Below are positions 8,119 through 16,828 of a stretch of DNA of 32,000 bases, in pieces (the first letter of the stretch is position 1; each line of letters starts with the position of its first letter). The stretch lies in NCBI GenBank assembly GCA_025839675.1, contig CP104013.1:930001-962000 (forward strand), read 5' to 3'. A program made the translations under genes and the position numbers. The notes below the pieces were generated by a model. That model was not told the origin of the DNA and did not search any database. It saw only the letters and a program-made list of their open reading frames with translations. Source of the DNA: Candidatus Lokiarchaeum ossiferum. Lineage in GTDB: Archaea; Asgardarchaeota; Lokiarchaeia; Sigyniarchaeales; Promethearchaeaceae.

Positions 8119-11100
8119 TCAAATTAGATTAATCCGTGCATAGGAAAGAAAATTAGCATTAATCAGCAATTTACGATGCTTTTTTAATCGTTTTAGTTGT
8201 TGGGGTACATCAAATTCCAGATTTTCCAAAATTTGCGACCATCTTTCAATTTCATTCTCATAATATTGAACTTCTTTCTCAACCCGCATAAATTGTTTAA
8301 TACGTCGCTTTTTACGGACAGGATCACTAAGTTGATCTAGATTCTGTCGCTGTCGTTCAGTCGGAAGTTTAAGTTTTTTAGCTCTTAAGGCATTTTCGGT
8401 CAGTTTCATTTGGGTTTCTGCAAATTTTTTCTTAAAATTGGCATTTTTTAGCACTCTCATCTTTTGGGAGAGGTATTTTTCTTTATTCAATTTAATCAAT
8501 CTTTGTGCTTTTTCAGAGATCTGATTTTTTGTTGATTGTTTTGCACTTTCCAAGCACCTTTCCAATTTTTCACGAGATATGGATAAGTGTGCTAGATCCA
8601 AAGAAGGAGCATTAAATTGTAATATCTTTGCAAAATTATGAGGTTTAGAAATAAATCGTCCCAAAATAGGTAAAAGTTCCAAATCATCTGTTATAAAGAT
8701 GGGAATAACACTTTTTTCAATAATAACCCCAAGAAATTCAATTTCGAATAAGAATAAATTTAATCCAACTTCGAACCGTAGCAGACGTTTGAAAATATCC
8801 AATTCATCTTTGGGAATCCGGCTCCCATAAGGATAAATAAATAATGAGGCCCATTGTTTTATATCAATTGTCAGCTGGCATGAATTTCCACCAAAATCAC
8901 TTTTTTGAGACCAATCAATTAAATTCATAACCAATGGATGACCTAATGAAAAGAAGTCAAATTCTTCTTGTTTCCGAGCCAAATCAATATCAAAAACGCC
9001 TTCATATCTCCGATGTGGAATACGAAGAGTTCGACGTAAAGCTTCTGAAAATTTAATGAGCCAAACTCCTATATCATGAGGTTTTTGAACAAGATTCAAA
9101 TCCATCTGAAACTCAGGATATTGAATTCGAAAATTGGGATCATTTGTCACGTATCGGACAAAGATATCTAAAAAAATGTGAATATCAATCCCCGTTAAGA
9201 GTTCTTTCTTGGAAAGATCCCGTGAGATATAATCATATTGAAATGATCTTTTATCTAAAATGAGATCTTCTAATTTATCATATACTTCATCAATTTTATT
9301 ACTGGTTTTGGAGATCACTTCATCTAATCTAAATTTCATTGGTGATTCATCTTCCTTTAAAACCAGAGAAGTTATTTGTCCTTCTAAACTCCCCAAAATA
9401 GGCTCTAATGCGCCAATAGACTCTTCGAAGAGATGAATACGTTCTGAAATTGCAGTGATAATGGAAGATTCGACAGTATCTTTGATATAAAAATTAAAAA
9501 TGAGAATATCTTTTGTTTGCCCAAAACGATCTAATCTTCCAATTCGTTGTTCCAATCTCATAGGATTCCAAGGTAAATCATAATTTACAATGATATGACA
9601 GAATTGGAAATTTCTCCCTTCCCCACCAATTTCAGTAGAAAGCAAAATCGGTATATCATGTCGAAAAGAAGAAACTGAAGCCATTTTTTGAGATTCAGTT
9701 AAATCTCCATGAAATGGAGCAACTTTTATCCCTTCTTTTTCAATTAAATCTTGAAGATAAAATAGTGTTTTTTTAAATTGGGTAAAAATAATGAATTTTT
9801 CTTTAGGATCCGTTTTTATAACTGATTTTACTATCTCAAGCAATCGTGAAGCTTTGGAATCATAGTCTAAAGATTCCAAATCTTGTACAAATTCCTTAAG
9901 AATTCGTATATGTTCATTGATATCTAAAGAAGGTCCTTTCTTCTTAGGGATCATTTTTCTTTTCCTTGCTTGAATAACCATCCGATCTTCTACATCCAAT
10001 TCATCTAGTCCCCAAGCGAGATCCATGCTAGATTCGTCTTCAGTAAATTCTCGTTGAGCTTCTTGTTCCATCCCAAGTTTTAAAAGTGTCTCTTTATTTT
10101 CTTCCAAATACAAAATTCTTTTTTTTAAACTTTTTAAAATCGCCGGAACCGAACTAGTCAAGAGTTTCTGTAAAATAACCATAACAAAACCCATCCCCGA
10201 GGGTCCCGTTTCGTAATTTTGAGAATAAATTTTGGCGAGATATAGATGAATTTTGTTATATACCTCTAATTCATCTTTAGTGAGATCTACATCAATTATT
10301 TGAGGGATTCTCTTAATAGGATTATCAGGAAAAACAACTCTTCTCCTATTTCGGATGACATACCGGCTTAAGAAATGTCTTTTCTCCAATTTTGCAATAA
10401 TTTCTCTCCGAAAAGATTCAAAACGTAGTTTTTCATTTAATTCCGTTTCTGTGATCTTTATATGGAAGGATTGAATTTGATAAACCAATGCATCTCGTTC
10501 ATAGGAATTAATACTCGTGAAAAGTTGCAGATTTTTTACAACCAAATTAAGTAAAGAAATTTTCTTCCGTTCTGCTTCAAAGGAATCAAAATTAGGAAAT
10601 TCATAGGGGTTTAAAAGTTGGATCAAGGAAAATAAGTCAAAGGAATGCAATTGGATGGGAGTAGCAGTCAATAATAATAAACTTCGTGTTTTTGCAGACA
10701 AATTTTGTGCCAACTCATAAGCCAAGGTTGTTCGGTATTGTTCAGTTTTTTGATTGGCGAGATATCTTCGAAGATGATGTGCTTCATCAAAAATTACAAT
10801 ATCCCACTCAATACGTGTTAACAACTTGGCACATTGTGGTAGTCGCGCGTATTGTAATGTTACAGTACATAAGGTCAAATCTTGGCCAGTTTGGGAATTA
10901 AAAAAATTACCAGATTGATAGTTGATCTTCAAGTTTTTTACAATTTTTGATTTCAATCGAGTAAATTTTATATTAAATTTGTTTTCCAATTCAAACTCCC
11001 ATTGACCTACAATAGAAGCGGGAGTGATAATCAGTACACGCGTAGCCAAATTTCGTGCAATCATTTCTTTGACATAGATCCCTGCTTCAATAGTTTTTCC

Positions 11101-11862
11101 CAAACCAACTTCATCAGCTAAAATGTATCGGGCTTGACCAATATCCAATAAATGATGTGCAACAGCGATCTGGTGTGGAAGCAGAGAAAGACGTGAATGA
11201 GTAATAATTTTCAAGAGATTGCTTGTATAGAGTGAATATATTTGAGCACCCCAGTACCGTAACAAAAATTGATATGTTCCATCTTGATTTCCCTTTAAAA
11301 ATTCGTTCAATGGGGATTCAAGCTCACTAATAATATCTATTTCGGCAACAGTTTTTTTTGTTCCATCAGGGAGTAATAATGTATAATGGATTAAACCTGT
11401 GGGATGCGCTAAATTTCGACCAATTATAACACCAATTCCATCTTTAAAGCGAATTTCTTTATCCAGATCCCAAAGAAAATGAGAAATATCTTCTCTAAAG
11501 AGAGGTTTTTCTAAAAAAGCTGTAAATTCTACCAAAAATTGGTTGAATTTCTTTTTATCAATTAAAGAAAGAAGATCTTTATCGGAATTTCCTTCAAAAG
11601 ATATAATTTTATTAGATTTTTTATGAGATTGGGCATGGAAAAGAGTTGGATTCGATTCATTAGTAGATTTTGCTTTTATTGGAATAATATCAGTAATTCT
11701 ACCAATACCAAGTTCGGTTCGCTGTGGACAATGCACTCTGTTGCCTACAATAAAGACATGACTTCTGCAATCTTTATTAGAACACCTTTCTACCTTAAGT
11801 CCATAGGTTTTTGCTAACGGTGAATGACAATAGGGACACACATTGAAATTAGATTTGATCAA
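8119..11862 (-). CDS. SNF2-family (RapA/HepA-like) ATPase with N-terminal zinc ribbon and long C-terminal extension
   Basis: Motif I ILADEVGLGKTIEAG (encoded about 11081-11125), motif II FDEAHHLR, LLLTATPIQ, and helicase-C motifs LLSTEIGGEGRNFQ...NYDLPWNPMRLEQRIGRLDRFGQ. The N-terminus has CPYC...CSNKDC...HCPQ. About 430 aa follow the helicase core and end in a Lys/Arg-rich coiled coil. The only possible start that includes the zinc ribbon is TTG 11862-11860. Confidence 0.9.
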   Translation of the reverse strand: MIKSNFNVCPYCHSPLAKTYGLKVERCSNKDCRSHVFIVGNRVHCPQRTELGIGRITDIIPIKAKSTNESNPTLFHAQSHKKSNKIISFEGNSDKDLLSLIDKKKFNQFLVEFTAFLEKPLFREDISHFLWDLDKEIRFKDGIGVIIGRNLAHPTGLIHYTLLLPDGTKKTVAEIDIISELESPLNEFLKGNQDGTYQFLLRYWGAQIYSLYTSNLLKIITHSRLSLLPHQIAVAHHLLDIGQARYILADEVGLGKTIEAGIYVKEMIARNLATRVLIITPASIVGQWEFELENKFNIKFTRLKSKIVKNLKINYQSGNFFNSQTGQDLTLCTVTLQYARLPQCAKLLTRIEWDIVIFDEAHHLRRYLANQKTEQYRTTLAYELAQNLSAKTRSLLLLTATPIQLHSFDLFSLIQLLNPYEFPNFDSFEAERKKISLLNLVVKNLQLFTSINSYERDALVYQIQSFHIKITETELNEKLRFESFRREIIAKLEKRHFLSRYVIRNRRRVVFPDNPIKRIPQIIDVDLTKDELEVYNKIHLYLAKIYSQNYETGPSGMGFVMVILQKLLTSSVPAILKSLKKRILYLEENKETLLKLGMEQEAQREFTEDESSMDLAWGLDELDVEDRMVIQARKRKMIPKKKGPSLDINEHIRILKEFVQDLESLDYDSKASRLLEIVKSVIKTDPKEKFIIFTQFKKTLFYLQDLIEKEGIKVAPFHGDLTESQKMASVSSFRHDIPILLSTEIGGEGRNFQFCHIIVNYDLPWNPMRLEQRIGRLDRFGQTKDILIFNFYIKDTVESSIITAISERIHLFEESIGALEPILGSLEGQITSLVLKEDESPMKFRLDEVISKTSNKIDEVYDKLEDLILDKRSFQYDYISRDLSKKELLTGIDIHIFLDIFVRYVTNDPNFRIQYPEFQMDLNLVQKPHDIGVWLIKFSEALRRTLRIPHRRYEGVFDIDLARKQEEFDFFSLGHPLVMNLIDWSQKSDFGGNSCQLTIDIKQWASLFIYPYGSRIPKDELDIFKRLLRFEVGLNLFLFEIEFLGVIIEKSVIPIFITDDLELLPILGRFISKPHNFAKILQFNAPSLDLAHLSISREKLERCLESAKQSTKNQISEKAQRLIKLNKEKYLSQKMRVLKNANFKKKFAETQMKLTENALRAKKLKLPTERQRQNLDQLSDPVRKKRRIKQFMRVEKEVQYYENEIERWSQILENLEFDVPQQLKRLKKHRKLLINANFLSYARINLI

Positions 11863-11872
11863 AATAGCTACC

Positions 11873-11890
11873 TTTTATAAATTTTATAAA
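11873..11890 (-). promoter_or_regulatory. tandem duplicated TATA-like box (2 x TTTATAAAA) upstream of the SNF2 gene
   Basis: The minus strand reads TTTATAAAA TTTATAAAA GG TAGCTATT TTG(start). The first copy is centred about 24 nt upstream of the start codon, which fits an archaeal TATA box for a leaderless or short-leader mRNA. T6/T5 tracts of the upstream MFS gene lie just before it. Confidence 0.3.
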
Positions 11891-11943
11891 TGCAGCAAAT
11901 TTTAATTAGATTTCGGTTTAAAAAGATGCAAAAAAGTGTGAGT

Positions 11944-14205
11944 TTATTCATTTGATTGCCAAAGATCATATTCTTTGAAAATATCATCAATTTGATTGAT
12001 AGCACGATTTATTTTCCTTGCAACCCGCTTATCAAAAGTTTCATTTATAATATCTTGCAGTTTCAAGCCGTACTCATCAGTAATTTCCATAAGATTCATA
12101 AGATCATTACGCGAAATTCCTTCTTTCATCACAGCAATAACAATTTCATCCAATTTCTGTTTTAAAAGTTCTGTATTAGATCGAGATTTTTGAGAATTTA
12201 CTAATAACTGGGAAATACGGAGTTGAAGTGCTTTTTCTTCGTCACTTAATTTTTTAGCCCCTTCTTCTATCAACCTGTCGGAAGCTAAGCGAACAACTCG
12301 ATTATAGATTTCAATCGATTTTTCCAATATTTGACTACACTCAATGGGATTATAAAATCTACGCAACCGAGCTTCACATACTTTTAGATAAGCACTATCG
12401 TATAAAATTTCGATATTTCCAAAATCACTTTCTTCCCACAAAGCATCGATTTTCATAAATAATTCTTGCAATTGGGCATAAGGGGCACTAGTTGTTATTT
12501 TTCCAAGATCTTCTTGAAATTCTACCGATTTATTCAATAATTTTTGAGCCCTTTTTTCTACTACCAATAAATTTTTTTGATGTGCCTTAGCCATAATCCA
12601 AATAAATTTATTTACCGCCCGATCGATAAGTTTTTCTGCTTTTTTAGGCTTTAATACTAAAATATCTTTCGCATCTTGAATAAGCTGAACACCATCATCA
12701 AGTGCGAGTTCTACTTCAAAAAAGAAATCAAAAAACGTGATTTGAGCACGTTCTCGGAGAATAAGATCTTTATCATAGCTATCCTTAACCACACTTTTCA
12801 TAGAGATATACCAAAAAATGGCAGAGGGAATCCAGAAAAGAATACCCATGTATAACATATTTTTATAGGAGCCTAAAAGCTGTAACAACCCAGCAGCAAT
12901 CAATAAAGTTATACTTTTTCCAATCTGCTCGGTTAATTGAAAAAATGAAGTCGCAGTCCCTCGATGTTCAGGCAAATTCACATCAATCATCACCGCATTT
13001 TTGTTTGTAACCATACCTGCAGAAAAAAATGTTCCAAAGAAGGAAAATATCAGATAGGTAATATATTTCGGATAAGTAGTAAATATGGCTTTCATTGTTT
13101 CAAACATGAAAAAAACTTGATCTTCAGGAGCAATTGATTCTGGATATGTGATACCAAGTTGTGTTAGGGACACAGGTTCAAGTTGAAAAATCATTAAAAA
13201 TACTAGTGGAATGGCAATAACATTGGTGATAAATGCAAGTAATGCTCTATATTGCCGCTTTTTTTTATATACAATATCCCCCAGCCAGGATAACACGATG
13301 CTACCCAACATATATCCAGCACTCGTCATTCCAGCCATGATTGTTGATACCTGAGTGCGAATATCTCCAGGAAGTTCTCGAAACATACCTTCTGTGGAAT
13401 GGGAAAAGGTCATAATTAAAGAAAAAATGATAATAGTTCCTGGTACAATCGAAAAAAACCCATTTATGATTAAAGCTTTATTCGTCCGTTTATGAAGCAA
13501 GTTAAAAAGTTCTTTCTGATTGATTTTATATCCATATTCCATCTCCTCAAATTCATTAACCCTTGATAAACTTTCTTCTTTGGATCCCATTGCAGGAAGT
13601 TTTACAAAGAAAAGCATAATAGTAATGATAATTGCAAGAATTGTTAGAATTAAAAAGGGAAATTGCCACCCATATTGTAATAATCCAAGAGAGACAAATA
13701 TATTAAGAGGACCCAAAAATGCAGACAAAAATTGACCCAAACCATTACTAATCGCAGAAAATATTGCTAAGAACCCAAATAAACCCGCACGTTCTTCTGA
13801 AGGAATTATATCACTTAAAACTGAATAAGCCACAGGTAATGCAAAACCTAAACCCGCTCCAGTTAAAATTCGTGCAAACAATAACTGAAGAAAATTTTGA
13901 CAAAATGCAGTTCCAATAAAACCTATAACGGCTAAAAAGGCACCCCCAATAATAATTTTATTTCTATCAATTCGATCTGTGTAGTATCCCCATAAAATCA
14001 TGATGAAAGCTGAGATTAAAACCGATAAAGAATCAGGCAAGTAAATCAAAGAATTTTTTATTCCAAAATCTTCAATAATCGGTGAATAAGAAGGAATAAG
14101 TACATTTAATGAACTAGTATATAATAATAAAAGTAATAAAACCAGTATTATGACATTTAACTCATTTTTGGAATATTTTTCACGCAGCGGAGTCATTTTT
14201 TTCAT
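11944..14205 (-). CDS. MFS transporter fused to a roughly 280-aa C-terminal soluble alpha-helical domain
   Basis: The N-terminal roughly 470 aa are polytopic, with MFS motif A (GYYTDRIDRNK) between early TM segments. Residues about 471-753 (DNA about 11947-12795) are hydrophilic, helix-prone and K/E/L/Q-rich, with no TM segment. ATG at 14205 (alternative ATG at 14196). Confidence 0.85.
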   Translation of the reverse strand: MKKMTPLREKYSKNELNVIILVLLLLLLYTSSLNVLIPSYSPIIEDFGIKNSLIYLPDSLSVLISAFIMILWGYYTDRIDRNKIIIGGAFLAVIGFIGTAFCQNFLQLLFARILTGAGLGFALPVAYSVLSDIIPSEERAGLFGFLAIFSAISNGLGQFLSAFLGPLNIFVSLGLLQYGWQFPFLILTILAIIITIMLFFVKLPAMGSKEESLSRVNEFEEMEYGYKINQKELFNLLHKRTNKALIINGFFSIVPGTIIIFSLIMTFSHSTEGMFRELPGDIRTQVSTIMAGMTSAGYMLGSIVLSWLGDIVYKKKRQYRALLAFITNVIAIPLVFLMIFQLEPVSLTQLGITYPESIAPEDQVFFMFETMKAIFTTYPKYITYLIFSFFGTFFSAGMVTNKNAVMIDVNLPEHRGTATSFFQLTEQIGKSITLLIAAGLLQLLGSYKNMLYMGILFWIPSAIFWYISMKSVVKDSYDKDLILRERAQITFFDFFFEVELALDDGVQLIQDAKDILVLKPKKAEKLIDRAVNKFIWIMAKAHQKNLLVVEKRAQKLLNKSVEFQEDLGKITTSAPYAQLQELFMKIDALWEESDFGNIEILYDSAYLKVCEARLRRFYNPIECSQILEKSIEIYNRVVRLASDRLIEEGAKKLSDEEKALQLRISQLLVNSQKSRSNTELLKQKLDEIVIAVMKEGISRNDLMNLMEITDEYGLKLQDIINETFDKRVARKINRAINQIDDIFKEYDLWQSNE

Positions 14206-14288
14206 AAAGCATCATATTTCACAGAATTGCTAACAGTATAGTTTTGAAGCCAAGGACTTATCCAATTCTTATTTCAATATAATGAAAG

Positions 14289-14309
14289 AAATGCTTTCTT
14301 AAAGCATTT
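14289..14309. promoter_or_regulatory. perfect 9-bp inverted repeat (AAATGCTTT ctt AAAGCATTT) in the MFS upstream region
   Basis: Read directly from the sequence. It lies 84 nt upstream of the MFS ATG and 73 nt downstream of the small-ORF stop (minus strand). It could be an operator or an RNA hairpin. Confidence 0.25.
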
Positions 14310-14381
14310 AGGATCGCATGTAGATAATCAAATATTCAAACTAATGAGAGAAAAAAATAATAGAAAAGGGATTTATTTTTA

Positions 14382-14528
14382 TTAGTTAAAATCAACCTTT
14401 TTATCCATAACATCGGGATGTTCAGTTTTATAATCTCCAATTTCTTGTAAACATTCTAATGCTTCAATGTCGTCGGTAGTATTTAGCCATCTTGTTCTAA
14501 GATTGTCATATTTTTCTTGTGTTGTCAT
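14382..14528 (-). CDS. small hypothetical protein (48 aa from ATG; 61 aa if the TTG at 14567 is used)
   Basis: The ORF has non-degenerate, acidic composition (MTTQEKYDNLRTRWLNTTDDIEALECLQEIGDYKTEHPDVMDKKVDFN). GTGAT lies about 10 nt upstream of ATG 14528. No homology is recognisable. Confidence 0.35.
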   Translation of the reverse strand: MTTQEKYDNLRTRWLNTTDDIEALECLQEIGDYKTEHPDVMDKKVDFN

Positions 14529-15008
14529 GTTAATCACTAATATTTTTATGGGTTCTTGTTCCCACAAAGATAAGTTGTATATTATATAAAAACTTTAGGA
14601 AAAAACGGTGAGACAAGTCGGTTTAAAACCAAAATAGCGTATTATTCTTGATTAAAATGAGAAAATGTAACAATATATCAAATAAATTGCACTTTATGAC
14701 AGAATTTTCTTATGAATCCATTTTTATGGAGCTTTTGAATTTAATTCTGTATTTAAAATTCAAGAAAAATTTACAAGGATTTCATATAAATATTTTCATT
14801 TTTCTTCAAATAAATAACTATAGTCCACTAACCAAAAGTACACTTTTATTAATCCCGTTTTCCCATTTGATATCAAAGAAAATAAATCAGATTTTAAAAT
14901 TTATCAGAGTAAAAGTTCACAAATTCAAAATTTTCCAAAATTGATGAAAATCCTCTTAAAAATATTCAAATGGTCTGCTTAAAACTTAAAAATAATTTGA
15001 AAAATGTA

Positions 15009-15611
15009 TTAAAGTTCTTTTTCAATTTCTTTTAATACATTTTTCAAACTAGTATGGAGCGAACGAATTTTATGATTTCTCAAATCTACATCCACTTCAG
15101 TAATTGCTTTTTCAAGAGCAATTTGTGCACTTTTGGATGGAATTGACATCATTTTGTCAAAAAGTTCCTCCGACAGCAATTCATCCGGAACATTTATCAC
15201 AAAAGGTGCCAGTAAATTAATATATTGCATAATGAAATCGATATCCCCTTTAAAATTATCCCGTACAATAAAATCTATACTTTTTCTTCCCAAATCCTCC
15301 AATATATACACTTTTTTTACTGGACCAAGAGGAGATTTCTTTCGGGAGCCTTTTATCATATTCTTTTTTCCTTCAAGTTTGGATAAAATTGGATATATAG
15401 TCCCAGATTTTGCCTCCCATGACCCCGCAAATAAAGTATTCAATTGTTGGATCATTTCATAACCATATTGCCCTACAGGATCCCCTTTATTTCGTAACTC
15501 CCGCGAGCGAAGTTGAGCTAAAATTAACACTTCAAGAGGACTGAGATTAATAGAATCTTTCTTTTTATCTTTAGAAGGACTAGTAGATATAGATTTGCCA
15601 AGCCAAAACAT
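15009..15611 (-). CDS. PadR-family transcriptional regulator with C-terminal extension
   Basis: The wHTH signature typical of PadR is present: LEVLILAQL...GYEMIQQLNTLF...WEAKSGTIYPILSKLEGKKNMIKG...KKVYILEDLG. The ATG lies 4 nt after the stop of the upstream 2TM gene. Confidence 0.8.
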   Translation of the reverse strand: MFWLGKSISTSPSKDKKKDSINLSPLEVLILAQLRSRELRNKGDPVGQYGYEMIQQLNTLFAGSWEAKSGTIYPILSKLEGKKNMIKGSRKKSPLGPVKKVYILEDLGRKSIDFIVRDNFKGDIDFIMQYINLLAPFVINVPDELLSEELFDKMMSIPSKSAQIALEKAITEVDVDLRNHKIRSLHTSLKNVLKEIEKEL

Positions 15612-15615
15612 AATT

Positions 15616-16164
15616 TTATTCTGACCTCCTTTCGTCTGCCGAAATTTTTCTTTGTGTTTTAATCCTTTCTAATTCCTTATCAATCTTCCGATCTAACCAG
15701 CTTAAATCTTCAGATTCCCCTCGCTTAGGTACAATGTAATAAACAATGATTAAATGAAGTGCCAATCCAACAGCCCAAAACCCAAATACCCACAAAGACC
15801 ACCATGGCGAAGTCCAACGGGGAGAAGAAGTAAAGCCATCAATAAACGCGATTAGAATGTTCGTACAGATGAAAATAAAGAGATGATAATAAAAAAGTAA
15901 CTTCGCAATATTGACAATTCCCTTGGTATAAATCCAATACGAAAAAGAATGGATCAACAATCCTAACCCCCATCCAGATAAAGCCCATAAAAACCAAGGA
16001 TATGATAAATGATTAACGAGAAAATTGATAATAAATAATAAAATATTAACAAATACATACACCCAACAATGTAAAATTACAACATATCGCCGAACAATCA
16101 TTTGTTTGGCAATACGTCTTACAGAATCATCATTAAATTCATTTAATTTCTTTTCTTCAGTCAT
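15616..16164 (-). CDS. membrane protein with 2TM-type domains
   Basis: There are two repeated units, each a pair of Trp/Leu-rich TM helices preceded by a basic segment (AKQMIVRRYVVILHCWVYVFVNILLFIINFL...PWFLWALSGWGLGLLIHSFSYW), and a charged C-terminus. It is tightly coupled to the PadR gene. Confidence 0.7.
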   Translation of the reverse strand: MTEEKKLNEFNDDSVRRIAKQMIVRRYVVILHCWVYVFVNILLFIINFLVNHLSYPWFLWALSGWGLGLLIHSFSYWIYTKGIVNIAKLLFYYHLFIFICTNILIAFIDGFTSSPRWTSPWWSLWVFGFWAVGLALHLIIVYYIVPKRGESEDLSWLDRKIDKELERIKTQRKISADERRSE

Positions 16165-16335
16165 AACAGATTCCCTATCTATATATAATTTTGAATGGCT
16201 TTACACTTAAAATTTCTTACGTTCTATATATGCACTGAATAATAATAATTAATTTACCAATATAAATTGTTATATCTACATAGTAGAATTAATTTTTCCT
16301 TTTCTTTTTCAATTTCCTTCAGAAAGAAATTCAAA

Positions 16336-16350
16336 AAACCATCATGGTTT
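16336..16350. promoter_or_regulatory. 15-bp palindrome AAACCAT c ATGGTTT in the divergent intergenic region
   Basis: Read directly from the sequence. It lies 35 nt upstream of ATG 16385 and about 170 nt upstream of the 2TM-PadR operon. It is a candidate operator; no experimental basis. Confidence 0.2.
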
Positions 16351-16384
16351 GGGATTTCTTAAGCACAAAATCTAATTGTATCCT

Positions 16385-16606
16385 ATGAATAGTCATGATC
16401 ATCCCTCCGCAAATGATGAAGAACAAATTCAAATTAATATCTCCTTGGACACTTTCATGCCAACTCCAAGTGTTTTATATACCTATTATGCAATTCTCAA
16501 GGAATATGGTATGGTTAAGCAAGTTTCTGCACCATTATCTCCTGAAAAAATGCAAGTTAATAGCAATACAATTAAAAACGATATTGAAAATCAACTTGTA
16601 ATATAG
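16385..16606 (+). CDS. small hypothetical protein (73 aa)
   Basis: This frame gives a more protein-like, acidic sequence (MNSHDHPSANDEEQIQINISLDTF...) than the overlapping alternative frame 16395-16601. No motif is recognised. Confidence 0.3.
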   Translation: MNSHDHPSANDEEQIQINISLDTFMPTPSVLYTYYAILKEYGMVKQVSAPLSPEKMQVNSNTIKNDIENQLVI

Positions 16607-16828
16607 AACTTAAATATATTAAATATTCTATACAAATTCAAATTTACAAAAAGGAAATACTATCCATTTTTCATAATTTCTTTTGAACTCAACTTATCAG
16701 GATGAATTTTAAGTTCAATGAAACCATTTGTAGAAGCAGAACAGATGAGATAACTAAAAAGCGGATTACGGTTCTCAGTTTAATCATACACTAAAATTAT
16801 AAAAAAAGAGAATGTTTTTTCAAAAATA

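Noticed and set aside
10686-14205. Track ORFs 10686-10901(+), 11623-11817(+), 11956-12165(+), 11996-12193(+) and 13520-13735(+)
   Set aside because: All are antisense to the SNF2 or MFS-fusion genes. All have low-complexity Ile/Phe/Asn-rich translations.
8119-14205. SNF2 ATPase as part of a phage-defence island (DISARM/Zorya/BREX-like)
   Set aside because: No methyltransferase, DUF1998, PLD-nuclease, ZorABC-like or PglZ-type partner is visible. The neighbours are a histidine kinase and an MFS transporter. The RapA-like motif flavour points to transcription-associated remodelling instead.
14648-14944. 98-aa + strand ORF in the long AT-rich spacer
   Set aside because: The track start at 14648 is TTG. 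The translation is dominated by I/F/K/N/L, as expected from random AT-rich DNA, and shows no motif. I treat it as non-coding unless homologues exist.
15133-16210. Track ORFs 15133-15462(+) and 16025-16210(+)
   Set aside because: They are antisense to the PadR and 2TM genes, whose family signatures are clear.
16395-16601. Alternative-frame ORF overlapping 16385-16606
   Set aside because: The two frames cannot both be real. This one is more hydrophobic and low-complexity. Even the chosen frame is only low confidence.
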